Positions 38,040 to 49,699 of a stretch of 64,000 nucleotides of DNA are shown piece after piece. Numbering within the stretch: position 1 is the stretch's first letter; every line of letters begins with the position of its first letter. Made by a program: the position numbers and the translations under genes. Source of the stretch: Torpedo marmorata. Its lineage: Eukaryota. Location: assembly GCA_977017645.1 (NCBI GenBank), contig OZ360219.1:69564001-69628000 (forward strand). The letters run 5' to 3'. The notes under the pieces are model-generated. The model did not search any database. It worked only from the letters and a program-made list of their open reading frames with translations, and was not told the origin of the DNA.

Positions 38040-41000
38040 CTACGTCGAAGTGAAAATTAATAACGAACCTATTCGAATGGAGTTGGACACAGAGGCAGCA
38101 GTGTCATTAATGCCACTATGTTTAAAAAGATGACTGCTACCCCACCTCACCATTAAAGAGGTCGACACGGTGTTAAAAACAGTTATGGGAGAGAAGGTCA
38201 AGTTGTTTGGAAAAGTCAACGTAAACGTGAAATATAAAGATCAAACACCGAAAAGATTAACCCTCTACATCGTTGACACCAAGGGGCCCGCGCTGTTCGG
38301 AAGGAACTGGCTGTCACACATTCAACTAGACTGGATGGAAATTGGATCCATAATGAATTTAGCCCTGGAAGATAAGGCCAAGCAAGATAAGGCCAAGCAA
38401 CAACTTGAGCCAGTTCTCAAGAAATACCAGACGGTTTTCGAAAAAAGCCTGGGAAAAATCCAAGGAGTTCAGGCAAAATTACACCTGAAGTCAGAGGTGG
38501 AACCAAAGTTCTTTAAACCCAGAACAGTACCATTTGCAATAAAAGAAAAAATTGAATCAGAACTCCAGAGATTGGAAAAAGACGGAATACTGGAAAGAAT
38601 CCAATACAGCGATTGGGCAGCACCCATCGTGCCAGTGCGCAAAGCCAACGGAGAAATCCGAATTTGTGGTGATTACAAAGTCACCATTAACCAAGCGTTA
38701 CAAATACCAGAACATCCTATGCCTAAAGCAGAAGAATTATTCCAAGCCCTGAACGGAGGAAAGAAATTTACAAAGCTGGACTTATCACAAGCATACCAGC
38801 AAATAGAACTGGATGAAGACTCAAAGAAATATGTGGCAATCAATAGTCACTTAGGGTTATTCACCTATACCCGAATGCCATATGGGATATCAGCAGCCCC
38901 AGCAATATTTCAAGCAACCATGGACAAATTATTACATGGCATTAATGTAGGATGTTACCTCGATGACATTATAATCACAGGCCAGGACGACGCTGAACAC
39001 CTATCCAACCTAGAAAAAGTCCTAACGCGATTGCAACAAGCAAACGTCCGTCTGCGCCGAGACAAGTGTGTATTTATGGTACCTTCTGTAACATATTTAG
39101 GCTTTACAATTAACAGTGAAGGAGTCCGAATGGACACCGCAGGTACCGAAGTTGTCCGCAGAGCACCCTATCCCACAAATCGCGCTGAATTGCAGTCGTT
39201 CCTGGGTTTGGTTAACCATTATAGAAAGCACATCCCAAATATGTCAACTCTATGCAGTCCTCTTAACCAATTATTGAGAAAAGACCAAAAATGGTGCTGG
39301 AATGAAGAGACTAGTCACGTGGTGGATCGCTTAAAAGAACTATTAACGTCATGTGACAATGTTCTCGTCCACTACGACCCAGGAAAAGAAGTGACTCTTG
39401 CGGTGGATGCTTCACCAGGAGGATTAGGAGCAGTGTTGTCACAGATAACAGAAAAAGGAGAACAACCGGTTGCTTATGCCTTCCGGTCTTTGACGCCTTG
39501 TGAACGTAATTATGCACAAGTGGAAAAAGAAGGGCTGGCCATAATATTTGGTGTCAAACGATTCCACCAATACTTATATGGCAGGAAATTTACCTTAGTA
39601 ACAGACAACAAACCACTAAGTTTGATTCTAGGCCCTAAAAAGGGGATACCAGTGCTAGCTGCAACAAGAATTCAAAGGTGGGCCATGATGCTCGCCGCGT
39701 ATAATTACGATTTGAAACATAAACCAGCAACACAAAACAACCATGCTGATGCTCTGTCTCGCTTACCGCTACCAGAAACTGAACAAAAAGACGAGATAAT
39801 TAAATGGACGGCGGAAGCTACAGCTATTAATCAAGAACAACTTCACCGCTTACCAATTACTGCAAAGACGATCAGCAAAAAGGTACGGAAAGAAGCAACA
39901 CTATCAAAAGTCCTGTACTTCACATTAAATGGATGGCCCGAGGCCGAAGCTATTTCTGAAGAGCTAAGACCTTATTATACACGACGGCAGGAGATATCAA
40001 TTGAAGAAGGTTGTTTATTGTGGGGAACCAGAACAATCATCCCTACAAAATGGCAAACGGCCATGTTACCCGAACTCCATAACAAGGGATGATTCGGATG
40101 AAGGCATTGGCACGTATGCATGTCTGGTGGTCCTCAATAGGCATTGATATTGAACAAACAGTAAGAAGATGTGGCATTTGTCAAGACATGCAACCCAAAG
40201 CTCCTAAAGCCAAAGCTAATCCATAGAAATGGCCATCGCAACCATGGCACAGAATTCACATTGATTTCGCTGGTCCATTTATGGGAGAAAACTTCCTCAT
40301 TGTTGTCGATGCACACTCTAAATGGCCAGTGGTATCCCACATGAAAAAAACAACAACAGACCAGACCATTGAAAGACTACGAAGTATATTTGCGTTATAT
40401 GGATTGCCTATGGAACTCGTTTCTGATAATGGTCCACAGTTTGTATCGGAGGCTTTTAAAGTATTCCTACGTAATAATAACATACAACATGTCTTATCTG
40501 CACCCTACCACCCCAGCACTAATGGAGAAGCTGAACGTTTTGTGCAGACTTTCAAAAAAGCCATGAAAACTAAAAAAACTCCTAAACGCATCATGGAATC
40601 ACAAAATTGCAGATTTCCTATTAGGCTATAGAAACACGCCGCACTCTACAACCAAAAGAACACCGGCTGAGTTCATGTTTGGACGTAACTTAAGAACAAG
40701 ACTTTCCACAGTACATCCGAACATCGGCCTTCACATACAACAATACACGTCTCCAAGTAAACCTACCAGATCTCTAGAAGTGGGAGAGCGAGTACTGGTA
40801 CGGGATTACTGAGACTCCAAAGAGCCGTGGATTAGAGGGGTTATTCTTAAAAAACTAAGTCCCTGTTCTTATTCTATACTGGTGGGAACTAAAATATGGA
40901 AACGACACATCGACCAGTTAAGAGCAGTAGATGATCCTATGGTCATGCCTTCGGCTCAAGATCCCGATGAGCTTCCAAATGAAATTCCCTGGACTCCAGA

Positions 41001-41313
41001 TGAGCTTCCAGATGAAATTCCCTGGGCTCCAGAAATATCCGTGAGAAGGGAGACCCCTTCTCAACCAAGTAGCCCTCAACAGACCCTTCCTCAACCAAGA
41101 GGCCCTCAACAGACCAGTCCTCTTCAACAACCCAGTCCTATACAACAGCCGAGTGAGGTTAGCCAAAGATCAAGTTCACAGTCCTTGCCACCAACCGAGG
41201 TACCACCCCAAAAGGCGAAGAGTCCGCAAAATATCCCGACAGAGTCGACCTCTCTGAGACGATCAAAACGGGAAAAACGTCCGCCAGAACAACTGAAAGA
41301 CTATGTTCAGTAA
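38040..41313 (+). pseudogene. Gypsy pol (protease, RT, RNase H, integrase)
   Basis: Protease MELDTEAAVS (DTG changed to DTE). RT LDLSQAY and YLDD; RNase H VDAS, EKE, TDNKPL. Integrase VDAHSKW, VSDNGPQF, NGEAER, with a frameshift near 40085 and stops. Terminal RRSKREKRPP..LKDYV. Confidence 0.93.
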
Positions 41314-41439
41314 CTTAACATTTTATCATTTTTATACTTACACTACATTGTAATTGTAATCACCATTAGTCTAGAGGCTCCATGTATTACGCTTAAATAC
41401 TGCACCCACACATAGTTATTGCAGTTTATTATAAATACT

Positions 41440-41448
<9 letters not shown>

Positions 41449-41478
<30 letters not shown>
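41449..41478. repeat. (TA)n microsatellite inside the Gypsy 3' UTR
   Basis: About 15 TA units. Confidence 0.9.
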
Positions 41479-41482
<4 letters not shown>

Positions 41483-41511
41483 TACAAACATTTATTTTGT
41501 GGGGGGAAGAG

Positions 41512-41662
41512 TGTTATGTATACGCCTACAGGCGTATGACGTCATTACGTCAAGGTGATGACTGTGTGTGGTGGGAGAACCATTTTTCAGATTTGTATTA
41601 AACGACTAACGAAGCATCATGCCTTTGTCTGCAGTGTATTTCTTAACATAGAATACATGACA
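41512..41662 (+). repeat. 3' LTR (151 bp)
   Basis: Preceded by the polypurine tract and followed by the TSD TCTCC. Confidence 0.95.
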
Positions 41663-41742
41663 TCTCCCAGCTCTGCGGGAGAAACCAGCACCGGGCGTCC
41701 CCGCCAGACCTGTTATTCAAACTGGTGGAATTCGGCTCTCAC

Positions 41743-41856
41743 CTCCAGGTAGTACAGATCGAGCGAAGTGATCTGCGAGTCCAGGAAACTCTCGTACGTC
41801 TCGAATTCGTAGACAATGTTATCGACTGCTGCAGCTCCCTGCTCCTCTTCTTCCAT
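41743..41856 (-). CDS. CFAP299: Cilia- and flagella-associated protein 299 (C4orf22), coding exon 1
   Basis: MEEEEQGAAAVDNIVYEFETYESFLDSQITSLDLYYLE matches the recalled N-terminus of CFAP299 (DNIV..F..YEDFLDSQIT..DLYYLE). Ends at a phase-0 GAG|GTGAGA donor; AAC-ATG-G Kozak context; CpG island. Confidence 0.92.
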
Positions 41857-41859
41857 GTT

Positions 41860-41945
41860 GTTTACCCTCAACCGGCGCTGTCGCCGAGCAACGGGGACTT
41901 CCGGCGTTGCCAGGCCACCAGTTCCGGCTCCCGCAGCGAACTCCA
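41860..41945 (-). promoter_or_regulatory. CFAP299 proximal promoter/5' UTR with RFX X-box and ETS site
   Basis: GTCGCC-G-AGCAAC at 41880-41892 fits GTNRCC-N-RGYAAC, typical of ciliary genes. ACTTCCGG at 41897-41904. CpG-rich. Confidence 0.65.
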
Positions 41946-43134
41946 ATCTCTCCTTGTTGTCAATAAGCGATGGAAAGAGACAATGAAATTCAAGAAAAAA
42001 AACACAATGCAAGAGAAACTCCGATTCATTGTGTTTTTACTTCAATCACGGCGGCTGCAGTCTTTCGTGTTTTACTCAATGAAATTTAAGAAATGGCTCT
42101 TGTACTTTTGAAGTGCCTTGTATGTTCCAGCTGGCAAAAACACCCTTTATATTTTGGGAAACCGAAGGGAAATGTTTGGAATGCGAAATACCAGCCGAAC
42201 ATGTTCGAGATATTCTGGATCAGTCAACATCTGTGGAGAACGAAACATGTTCATGTTTCCAATCACCTTTCACCAGAACCGTATTGAAAAAAAATAACTT
42301 CAACCTGATCGGCAGAGTGATCATCTGCGCTGTAAACATCTGCCATACCAGGATGTTCAGCGATATCTGGCAGTGTGCGTGGTGAACCTGTCAGCAATGC
42401 CTGGAGGCTTGTTGTTTCGTATTTCGAGAGCAAGGTGGGTTGAAGTTAGTTTGATTGTAGCTAGAATAAACTGTAAAACTGTTCCAAGCTGTGCCTTAAA
42501 TACCGATTTACTCCAGCAAGGGAGCAGATTGCCACTGCCCAATAAGTGGAGAGTTAGAGTGGGCTGGGAAATGAAAGACTAGCTTGGCCAAGGATCCATA
42601 AAGACAAAACATAATAGTAATAATAATAATAATAATATCAGTCTACATGTACTTCATTTGACGTCACGAAACAACAGAAGACTTTTCAACACACGAGGAT
42701 GGCCTATCATGTCCATGGTTAAATGTGCTCTTCCTATTTAGGTTTCTGCGAAGTGACAATGCTCCTTAGCTACACGATTATATTCTTGATCCAAATTCCA
42801 TTAGAGAGCATGCTATCCTTGAAACAAGTCGGTGATTATAAAAACACCAGTTTATTCTACCAGCTGCAAAATTATTTATAATTATTGCTTGTTTTTCTTT
42901 TCTCTTTCTCTTCCCTTCCCTTCCCTTCCCATGTTGTCGATGCACCCATTCTGCTATGGTCTTGACTGTGACCTCATTCATAATAGAACTCTCTTTCCTC
43001 GTCAGTTTTCAGGATCAACTTATTGGTTAGACAGTAAGATGTTCTGAACTACTTACCCTTTCTTCATTGTTTGTCTATCAGCCAAACAGACACTCCCCTA
43101 TCTTCTGAAATGTACAGTCCAAAAAACACTCTTA

Positions 43135-43740
43135 CTTTCAGATTTCAGATTTATTGTCAGAGTACATACATGACATCACATACAACCCTGAGATTCTTCT
43201 TTCCTGAACGCGAGGCAGAATTAACACTTATTGGTAGTACAAAAAAAACTGTATTCAACTACACATGTAAACAAATAAAGAAATGTAAACAAACTGTCTG
43301 CAATACAGAGAGAAAAAAAATCAATAAAGTGCAAAAGTAAGAGTCCTTAAATGAGTACCTGATTGAGTTTCTTGTTGAGGAGTCTGATGGTGGAGGGGTA
43401 GCAGCTGTTCCTGTACCTGGTGGTGCGAGTCTTGTAGCACCTATATCTCTTTCCTGATGGTAGCAGTAAGAACAGAGCGTGTGCTGGGTGGTGTGGATCC
43501 TTGATGATTGCTGCTGCTCTCCGACGGCAGCGTTCTCTGTAGATGTTCTCGATGGTGGGGAGGGTTTTGCCTGTGATGTACTGGGCTGTGTCCACTGCCT
43601 TTTGCAGGGCTTTACGCTCAGGGGTATTGGTGTCCCCATTACCAGACCGTGATGCAGCCGGTCAGCAACACTTTCCACCACATATCTATAGAAATTTGCC
43701 AGGGATTCCGATGTCATGTCAAACCTCCGCAAACTCCTTG
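43135..43740 (-). mobile_element. Rex1/Babar LINE 3' fragment
   Basis: DPHHPAHALFLLLPSGKRYR...YPSTIRLLN; tail aataaatctgaaatctgaaa on the minus strand. Confidence 0.88.
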
Positions 43741-43939
43741 CTGCCATTCAAGATGCAGATCTTAGAGCTGGAGTTTCTCCAGCAGTGTGCAGTTGGTCAA
43801 GACATGGGAAAGGTCCTGGAGTTCCCACATTACAGAGAATATGTGATTCATGGGTCTGTAATGCTGTCCCAGTGAATTAATTCACTGGGCAGAAATTAAT
43901 AGAATTTAAGAACAAATGCACTCACAAGTGAACTTTCCA

Positions 43940-44250
43940 TCAGTTCTGTTCACAGAGCAATCCTCCCCTTCCCCTGTTTGCTGGTGTGCCCTCCCTCCCT
44001 TATCCACCTATTACCTCCTGCCTGTGGGACTGTACTACTCCCCTGCCCCTCCCCCCACCATTTTGTTTGGGCACCTGCCTACATTTTGCTCCTACCTTGA
44101 TGAAGGGCTCAAGCCTGAAACGTTGGTTATGTATCTTTACAGTATCTTTGCTATATTAAGTACACTGTTCAACCTTCTGAGTTTCTCCAGCATTGTGTTT
44201 TTACTTCAATCACGATGTCTGTAGACATTCGTGTTTCACTCCTCTCCTTC
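43940..44250 (+). mobile_element. Penelope-type 3' terminal repeat with degenerate hammerhead-like core
   Basis: TTGATGA-AGGGCTCAAGCCT-GAAACGTT at ~44097-44124, followed by CTGAGTTTCTCCAGCATT; same tail adjoins the GIY-YIG remnant at 58120-58400. Confidence 0.7.
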
Positions 44251-44715
44251 AATTCCTTCCAATATAAACCAGCCAAACATCTCGCCTTTTTGTAAATGGA
44301 ACTTCAACTTATTTTTTAAATATGCTCTCTTTGATTTCTTTGTCCTTTTTATGTCACTCCTTTATCCTTGCTATCAGTTGTCACTGTCCTTTACTCTATT
44401 TCTCACTGCTGATTTTTTGATGTACCTTCCTTACTGCAAAGAATTCCCCCACTCACCAAATAATATTTTCTGAAACATGATTTTCCACAACTTCAGTGGA
44501 GATCGAGCGCGGTGCGTGTGGGGTCAAAGGGAGGGACTCGGAGCGGGGTCAAAGAAGGGACTTCCGAGTTAGTGGCTGCTGGTCCCAGTAACTCTGGCCC
44601 TGGTTGATGACTGGGCTCCTGCATTGTCAAGACGCACCATCCACTGGGAGAAGAATTTCTTCTTCGTCTCTGCTTTAAATTGGTGACGTCTGCTTCTGGA
44701 CGTAGAACATGGTCT

Positions 44716-46097
44716 CACACTCACCGGAGGCTCCCACCTGCTTCAAAAGGGCATTGATCACCCCGGTGCCCAAGAAGAGCAGAGTGAGCTGCTTCAATGA
44801 CTATCTCCCAGTAGCACTCACATCTACTGTGACGAAATGCTTTGGGAGGTTGGTCATGGCCAGAATTAACTCGTACCTAAGTAAAGATCTGGACCCACTG
44901 CAATTTGCCTACCATCACAATCACTCCACATCATATGCAATATTACTGACTCTCCACTCAGCTCTGGGTAACCAATACAACAGCAACACATACATCAGGC
45001 TACTCTTCAACGACTACAGCTCAGCTTTCAACACCATTATTCCCTCAGTGCTGGTCAACAAGCTCCAAAACCTGGGCCTCTGCACCCCCCTCTACAACTG
45101 GATCCTAGACTTCCTCAACGGAAGACCGCAGTCAGTACGAATCGGAAACAAAGTATTCTGCTCACTGACGATCAACACAGGTGCACCTCAAGGATGTGTG
45201 CTTAGCCCACTGTTCTATTCACTCTACACCCATGACTGTGTTACAAGAAACAATTAAAATGCCGTCAATAAGTTTGCCGTTGACACTATGGCCGTCGGCA
45301 GAAACACAGACAGCAATGAGGAAGCGTACAGGAGTGGGATAGATCAGCTAGTTGAGTGGTGTCACAACAACAACCTTGCACTCAATGTAAGCAAAACCAA
45401 GGAGATGATTGTGGACTTCAGAAGGAAATCAGGAGAACACGAACCAGTCCTCTTCGAAGGGTCAGCAGTGGAGAGAGTCAAAAACCTCAAATTCCTGGGT
45501 GTCAACATCTCTGAGAATCTGTCCTGGGGGCCTCCATGTCGATGTAATCATGAAGAAAGCTCGCCAGTGGCTATAATTCGTGAGGAGTATGAGCAGATTT
45601 GGTATGTCACCAAAGACTCTCGGAAATTTCTACAGGTGAACCGTGGAGAGCATTCTGTCTGGATGTATCACTGACTGGTATGGAGGTGCCAATGCACAAC
45701 ACAGGAAAAAACTCCCGAGAGTTGTTAACTCGGCCTGCAAAATCATGGGCACCAGTCTTCACTCCATCAAGGACATCTAAAAGAGGTGGTGTCTTAGGAA
45801 AGCAGCCTCTATCCTCAATGACCCCCACCCAGGCCATGCCCTCTTTGCTCTGCTACCATCAGGAAGGAGGTACAGGATCCTGAAGACAAACACCCAGCAG
45901 CACAAAGATAGCTTCTTCCCCTCTGCTATCAGATTTTTGAATGAACAATGAACCACAGACACTACCTCACTTTCTCCTATTTTCTTGCACTATTTATTTA
46001 TTTTTGAAATGTAATTTATAGCAATATTTGCACTGCAATGCTGCTGAAAAACAACAAATTTCGTGACATGTTCATGACAATAAATTCTGATTCTAAA
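44716..46097 (+). mobile_element. Rex1/Babar LINE RT region, decayed
   Basis: PVALTS, LDPLQFAY, DYSSAFNTI, GAPQGCVLSP, KTKEMIVDFR; tail aataaattctgattct. Confidence 0.92.
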
Positions 46098-46694
46098 AAT
46101 AAACTTCCCCTTTGTCTCATACCACTTTCTCCAAATCAAAGGTGTAGCCATGTAGCTATGCCTGTTTTTTTTGTTGTATATGTGGAGCAATCTGTGCTGC
46201 AAGCCTACCCAGGGAAGACTCCTCAGCTCTTTTAAAAAATAAAAAAAATAAAAAGAGTTGTTCCTGGGAACACACTCTGCGTCCAACATCCAGAACTGCT
46301 GGAAGACCATCAACTCGGTGAAGGACGCCCTCTGGTTGGCCCGAAACCTGTTGGTCTTTCAGCACACTGAGATGTCGGTCCGGGAATGCTGCCGACTGGC
46401 ACATTCCAGGCTGCAGGAGTACATGCTGAGGGACGTGCTGAGGCTTGGTGCAGCCAACGCGAGGGCGCTGTGGGGAAGGAGCACAGTTTAGAGACCTCCC
46501 ATTATCGGGCACTGAGGGGCTGACACAGAGGGGAAGCCCCTCAACTAACCAACAGAGGGGAGGGAGAAACAACAAGGTGCCACAGTGGTGGTAACTGAGT
46601 ATTAAAGCAACAATGTAAAACATGAAATGTACATTGATGAGATGACTGACACTATGTAAAATGTTTTTGAACTGTTTTTCCTGTTTTGTAAATA

Positions 46695-48583
46695 CCGTAT
46701 ATTTTGGCGTATATGTCGACCGGCAGATAAGTCGACCCCCCTTTTTCAGCCTCATTTTAATGGTTCTATGGTATATCCGGCGTATAAGTCGATCCCCAAA
46801 AATCACGATGCCTGAGATGTTGCGCGTTGACCGGCATATAAGTCGACCCTCAAAAATTGCGATGATTGAGCTGCTGGGCGTTGACCGGCGTATAGGTCGA
46901 CCCACAACGATCGCGCTGATTGAGCTGCTGGAGGTGATTGTTATCATGGAGGGTCAATTGAAACGACGAAAGTATGAGGCGAGTTTTAAATTGAAAGTTA
47001 TAGAAATGGCCAAGAAAACCAACAACTGTGCTGCTGCAAGAAAATTTGATATATACGAGAAGTTGGTAAGAGATTGGAGGAAGAAAGAAGAGACTTTAAG
47101 AATAATACCAAAAAGGCAATGTTCAATGAGAAGAGGAATCACTCGTTGGCCAGAGTTGGAAAATCACGTCGCAACATCGGTACATGAACAGAGGCAAGAT
47201 TGCTACATAGTCACCCGAAATAAAATAAGAACATTTGCACTGAAGTGGGCAAAGTCGCACCCAGAACTCAGTAATGATTTTGAAGCTACAGTAGGCTGGT
47301 GCAACCGTTTTATGAACAGGAAAAATCTGGTATTACGACAAAAAACTAAAATTGCTCAGAAACTACCAAAAGATCTTGATCATAAAGTTGTAAGTTTTCA
47401 CCAGTTTATTTTATGTAACCGGCAGAAACACAAGTTTGCATTGGCAAATATTGGAAACATGGACGAAACCCCCATGAATTTTGACATGATAGGCAATAGA
47501 ACAGTGGAATGGAAAGGTGTGAAAACTGTGCAAACCAGGAGTACAGGACATGAAAGGACCAGGTTTACCGTGGTGTTATCATGCATGGCCGACGGGACAA
47601 AGTTAAGACCCATGGTAATCTTCAAACGCAAATTTAAACCTAAAATAAAATTCCCTGCAGGTATTTTTGTACATTTTCATGAAAAAGGATGGATGGATGA
47701 AAATGGTGTAAAACTATGGATAGACAATGTGTGGAACAGGCGGCCAGGCGGTTTACGCAAGGAACGGAGTTTGCTGGTCTGGGATATGTTTCGTAGCCAC
47801 TTAACTGAGAAGACTAAACGTACATTAGCACACCATAATACTTACATGGCGGTTATCCCAGGTGGTTTGACGTCTATATTGCAACCTCTCGATGTCTGCT
47901 TGAACAAGCCATTCAAAGACCATGTGCGTGAAGAGTGGAATACATGGATGTCGAGTGCAGAAAAATCATTTACAAAAGGTGGGGCAATGCGTGCTGCATC
48001 GCTTGATGTGCTGTGTGACTTCGTGCTCAAGGCATGGGACAAAGTGAAAGTAGAGACTATAATAAAATCGTTTAAAAAGTGCGGTATCTCTTGTGCAATT
48101 GATGGCACGGAAGATGATTTATTGTGGGACACTGACGACGAAGTTGAAGAAGCCTCATCAGATACAGACTGGGACCCGTACGATGACTGTTTAAACAGTG
48201 AGACCCCGGATGTGCTTGCCGAGTTCTTTGCCTCAGACGATGATAGCGAAAGTGATTTTGAAGGGTTCTAAATGTCTTGTTGTTTTCAATAAAAATGTCA
48301 ATGAAAATTTGTTGCAGTCGGGTTTTTTTTTGGTTTTTCAAGGGTCGACTTATACGCCGAATCGTGTTTTCAGGTGTCGACTTATACACCGAATCGTGTT
48401 TTCAGGGGTCGACTTATACGCCGAATCGTGTTTTCAGGGGTCGACTTATACGCCGTATCGGCGTGAACTCGATTTTGAGCTGATTTTAAGGTCTCAAAAG
48501 TATATCCGGCGTATAAGTCGACCCCCGTTTTTTGAGACATTTTTGAGGGTTTCAAGGGTCGACTTATACGCCGAAATATACGG
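46695..48583 (+). mobile_element. pogo/Passer DD35D DNA transposon, full length, copy 2
   Basis: TIRs CCGTATATTT.GGCGTATA.GTCGACC. TA TSD at 46693-46694 and 48584-48585. Highly similar to copy 1 in the opposite orientation. Confidence 0.95.
46946..48271 (+). CDS. pogo/Passer transposase, 441 aa
   Basis: Open ORF from MEGQLKRRKY; DETP / WD / QPLD triad intact with 35-residue spacing. Confidence 0.92.
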   Translation: MEGQLKRRKYEASFKLKVIEMAKKTNNCAAARKFDIYEKLVRDWRKKEETLRIIPKRQCSMRRGITRWPELENHVATSVHEQRQDCYIVTRNKIRTFALKWAKSHPELSNDFEATVGWCNRFMNRKNLVLRQKTKIAQKLPKDLDHKVVSFHQFILCNRQKHKFALANIGNMDETPMNFDMIGNRTVEWKGVKTVQTRSTGHERTRFTVVLSCMADGTKLRPMVIFKRKFKPKIKFPAGIFVHFHEKGWMDENGVKLWIDNVWNRRPGGLRKERSLLVWDMFRSHLTEKTKRTLAHHNTYMAVIPGGLTSILQPLDVCLNKPFKDHVREEWNTWMSSAEKSFTKGGAMRAASLDVLCDFVLKAWDKVKVETIIKSFKKCGISCAIDGTEDDLLWDTDDEVEEASSDTDWDPYDDCLNSETPDVLAEFFASDDDSESDFEGF

Positions 48584-48674
48584 TAACTAACTCGATATGA
48601 CACTACGTAAAAGTTTTGAACAGGTTTTGTAAATAATATACTCAATATGAATGAAACTATGAATGTAAAGTCTT

Positions 48675-49602
48675 TTTTTTAAAAAATATTTTATTTAAAT
48701 TTTAAAATCACAAAATACATAGATCAAAAATAATATATCATTCCAAATACATGTGATATATTTCCTCCCTCCCTCCCACCCTCCCCTCCCCAACCCCCCC
48801 ACCACTACTCTAAAGAAAAAATAAATAAAAAAAAAATTTAGTAACAAAGAGAAAAAAAAGAATAAAAAGAAAAGAGTTGAATAATAAAGAATTAAAGTGA
48901 GGAGAAAACAAACTACAAACTAATTCTATTTATATATTGGAGGTTAATTTCGCCAGCGGAGCCGACTTCCAGAGAATTAATTCATACCCATAATTCTCAT
49001 ATATGGGCTCCAAATTTTCAAAAAGAAATGATATTTATTATGTAGATTGTACGTAATCTTTTCTAATGGTATACATGAACGTAATTCTGCATGCAATCTA
49101 TCTAAATTCAAATCTAAATCTGATTTCCAAGTAATAGCAATACATTTTTTTGAAACCGCTAAAACAATTCGTAAAAATTCTATTTGATACATATTTAATC
49201 TATTTCTAATACTAAATTTTTTAATATCTCCAAATAAAAATAACATAGGATCCATTGGAAACATAATATTAAAAATTCTATCTAAAAAATCTTTAACTTT
49301 AGACCAAAAATCCTTAATTTTAGGACATAACCATGTTGAATGAACAAAAGAACCAATTTCATCCTTGTATCTAAAACACATATCTGATAATGCCGGATTA
49401 AATTTCTTTAATTTTTTAGGTGTTAAATATAATTGATGGAAAAAATTATATTGTACTAATCTGTACCTAACATTAATAATTTTAGTCATACTCAATTTAC
49501 ATAAATCTTTCCAATGTTTTTCATCTATACTAATATTTAAATCTGATTCCCATTTTAATCTTGATTTATGGAATCCTACTTTAGGCATTTTTCTCTGAAG
49601 TA
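48675..49602 (-). mobile_element. 5'-truncated L1, 16-bp TSD
   Basis: TSD ATGAATGTAAAGTCTT at 48659-48674 and 49603-49618. ORF 48977-49588 is a close sister of the C-terminus of the 2535-6644 L1. Confidence 0.93.
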
Positions 49603-49699
49603 ATGAATGTAAAGTCTTGAACAGTTTTTTTTTTTTTTTCCCACCTGTGTTGTATATAATTTATTGAGAATAAAGTTTATTTTTGGGAAAAAAACTCTA

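Larger units (their letters stand above)
34463..41662 (+). mobile_element. Full-length Gypsy (Mag-like) LTR retrotransposon, defective
   Basis: TG..CA LTRs at 34463-34630 and 41512-41662. 5-bp TSD TCTCC at 34458-34462 and 41663-41667. Primer-binding site (PBS), gag-PR-RT-RH-IN order, polypurine tract GGGGGGAAGAG at 41501-41511. Confidence 0.97.
46255..49695 (+). mobile_element. Tx1-clade LINE 3' end hosting pogo copy 2 and an L1 fragment in its 3' UTR
   Basis: ORF2 end ..VKDALWLARN...RD......ARALW at 46258-46491. UTR pieces at 46492-46694, 48586-48674 and 49619-49695, ending AATAAA..A-run. Confidence 0.7.

Noticed and set aside
40882-41313. env-like third ORF in the Gypsy
   Set aside because: No signal peptide or transmembrane segment; it is the integrase C-terminal tail.
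41857-42012. Upstream in-frame extension of the CFAP299 ORF in the ORF track
   Set aside because: Homology begins at ATG 41856; the upstream part overlaps promoter motifs.
46661-46945. 95-aa N-terminal extension of the 536-aa ORF
   Set aside because: Starts outside the transposon and reads through the TIR and repeats; the homologous start in copy 1 supports ATG 46946.
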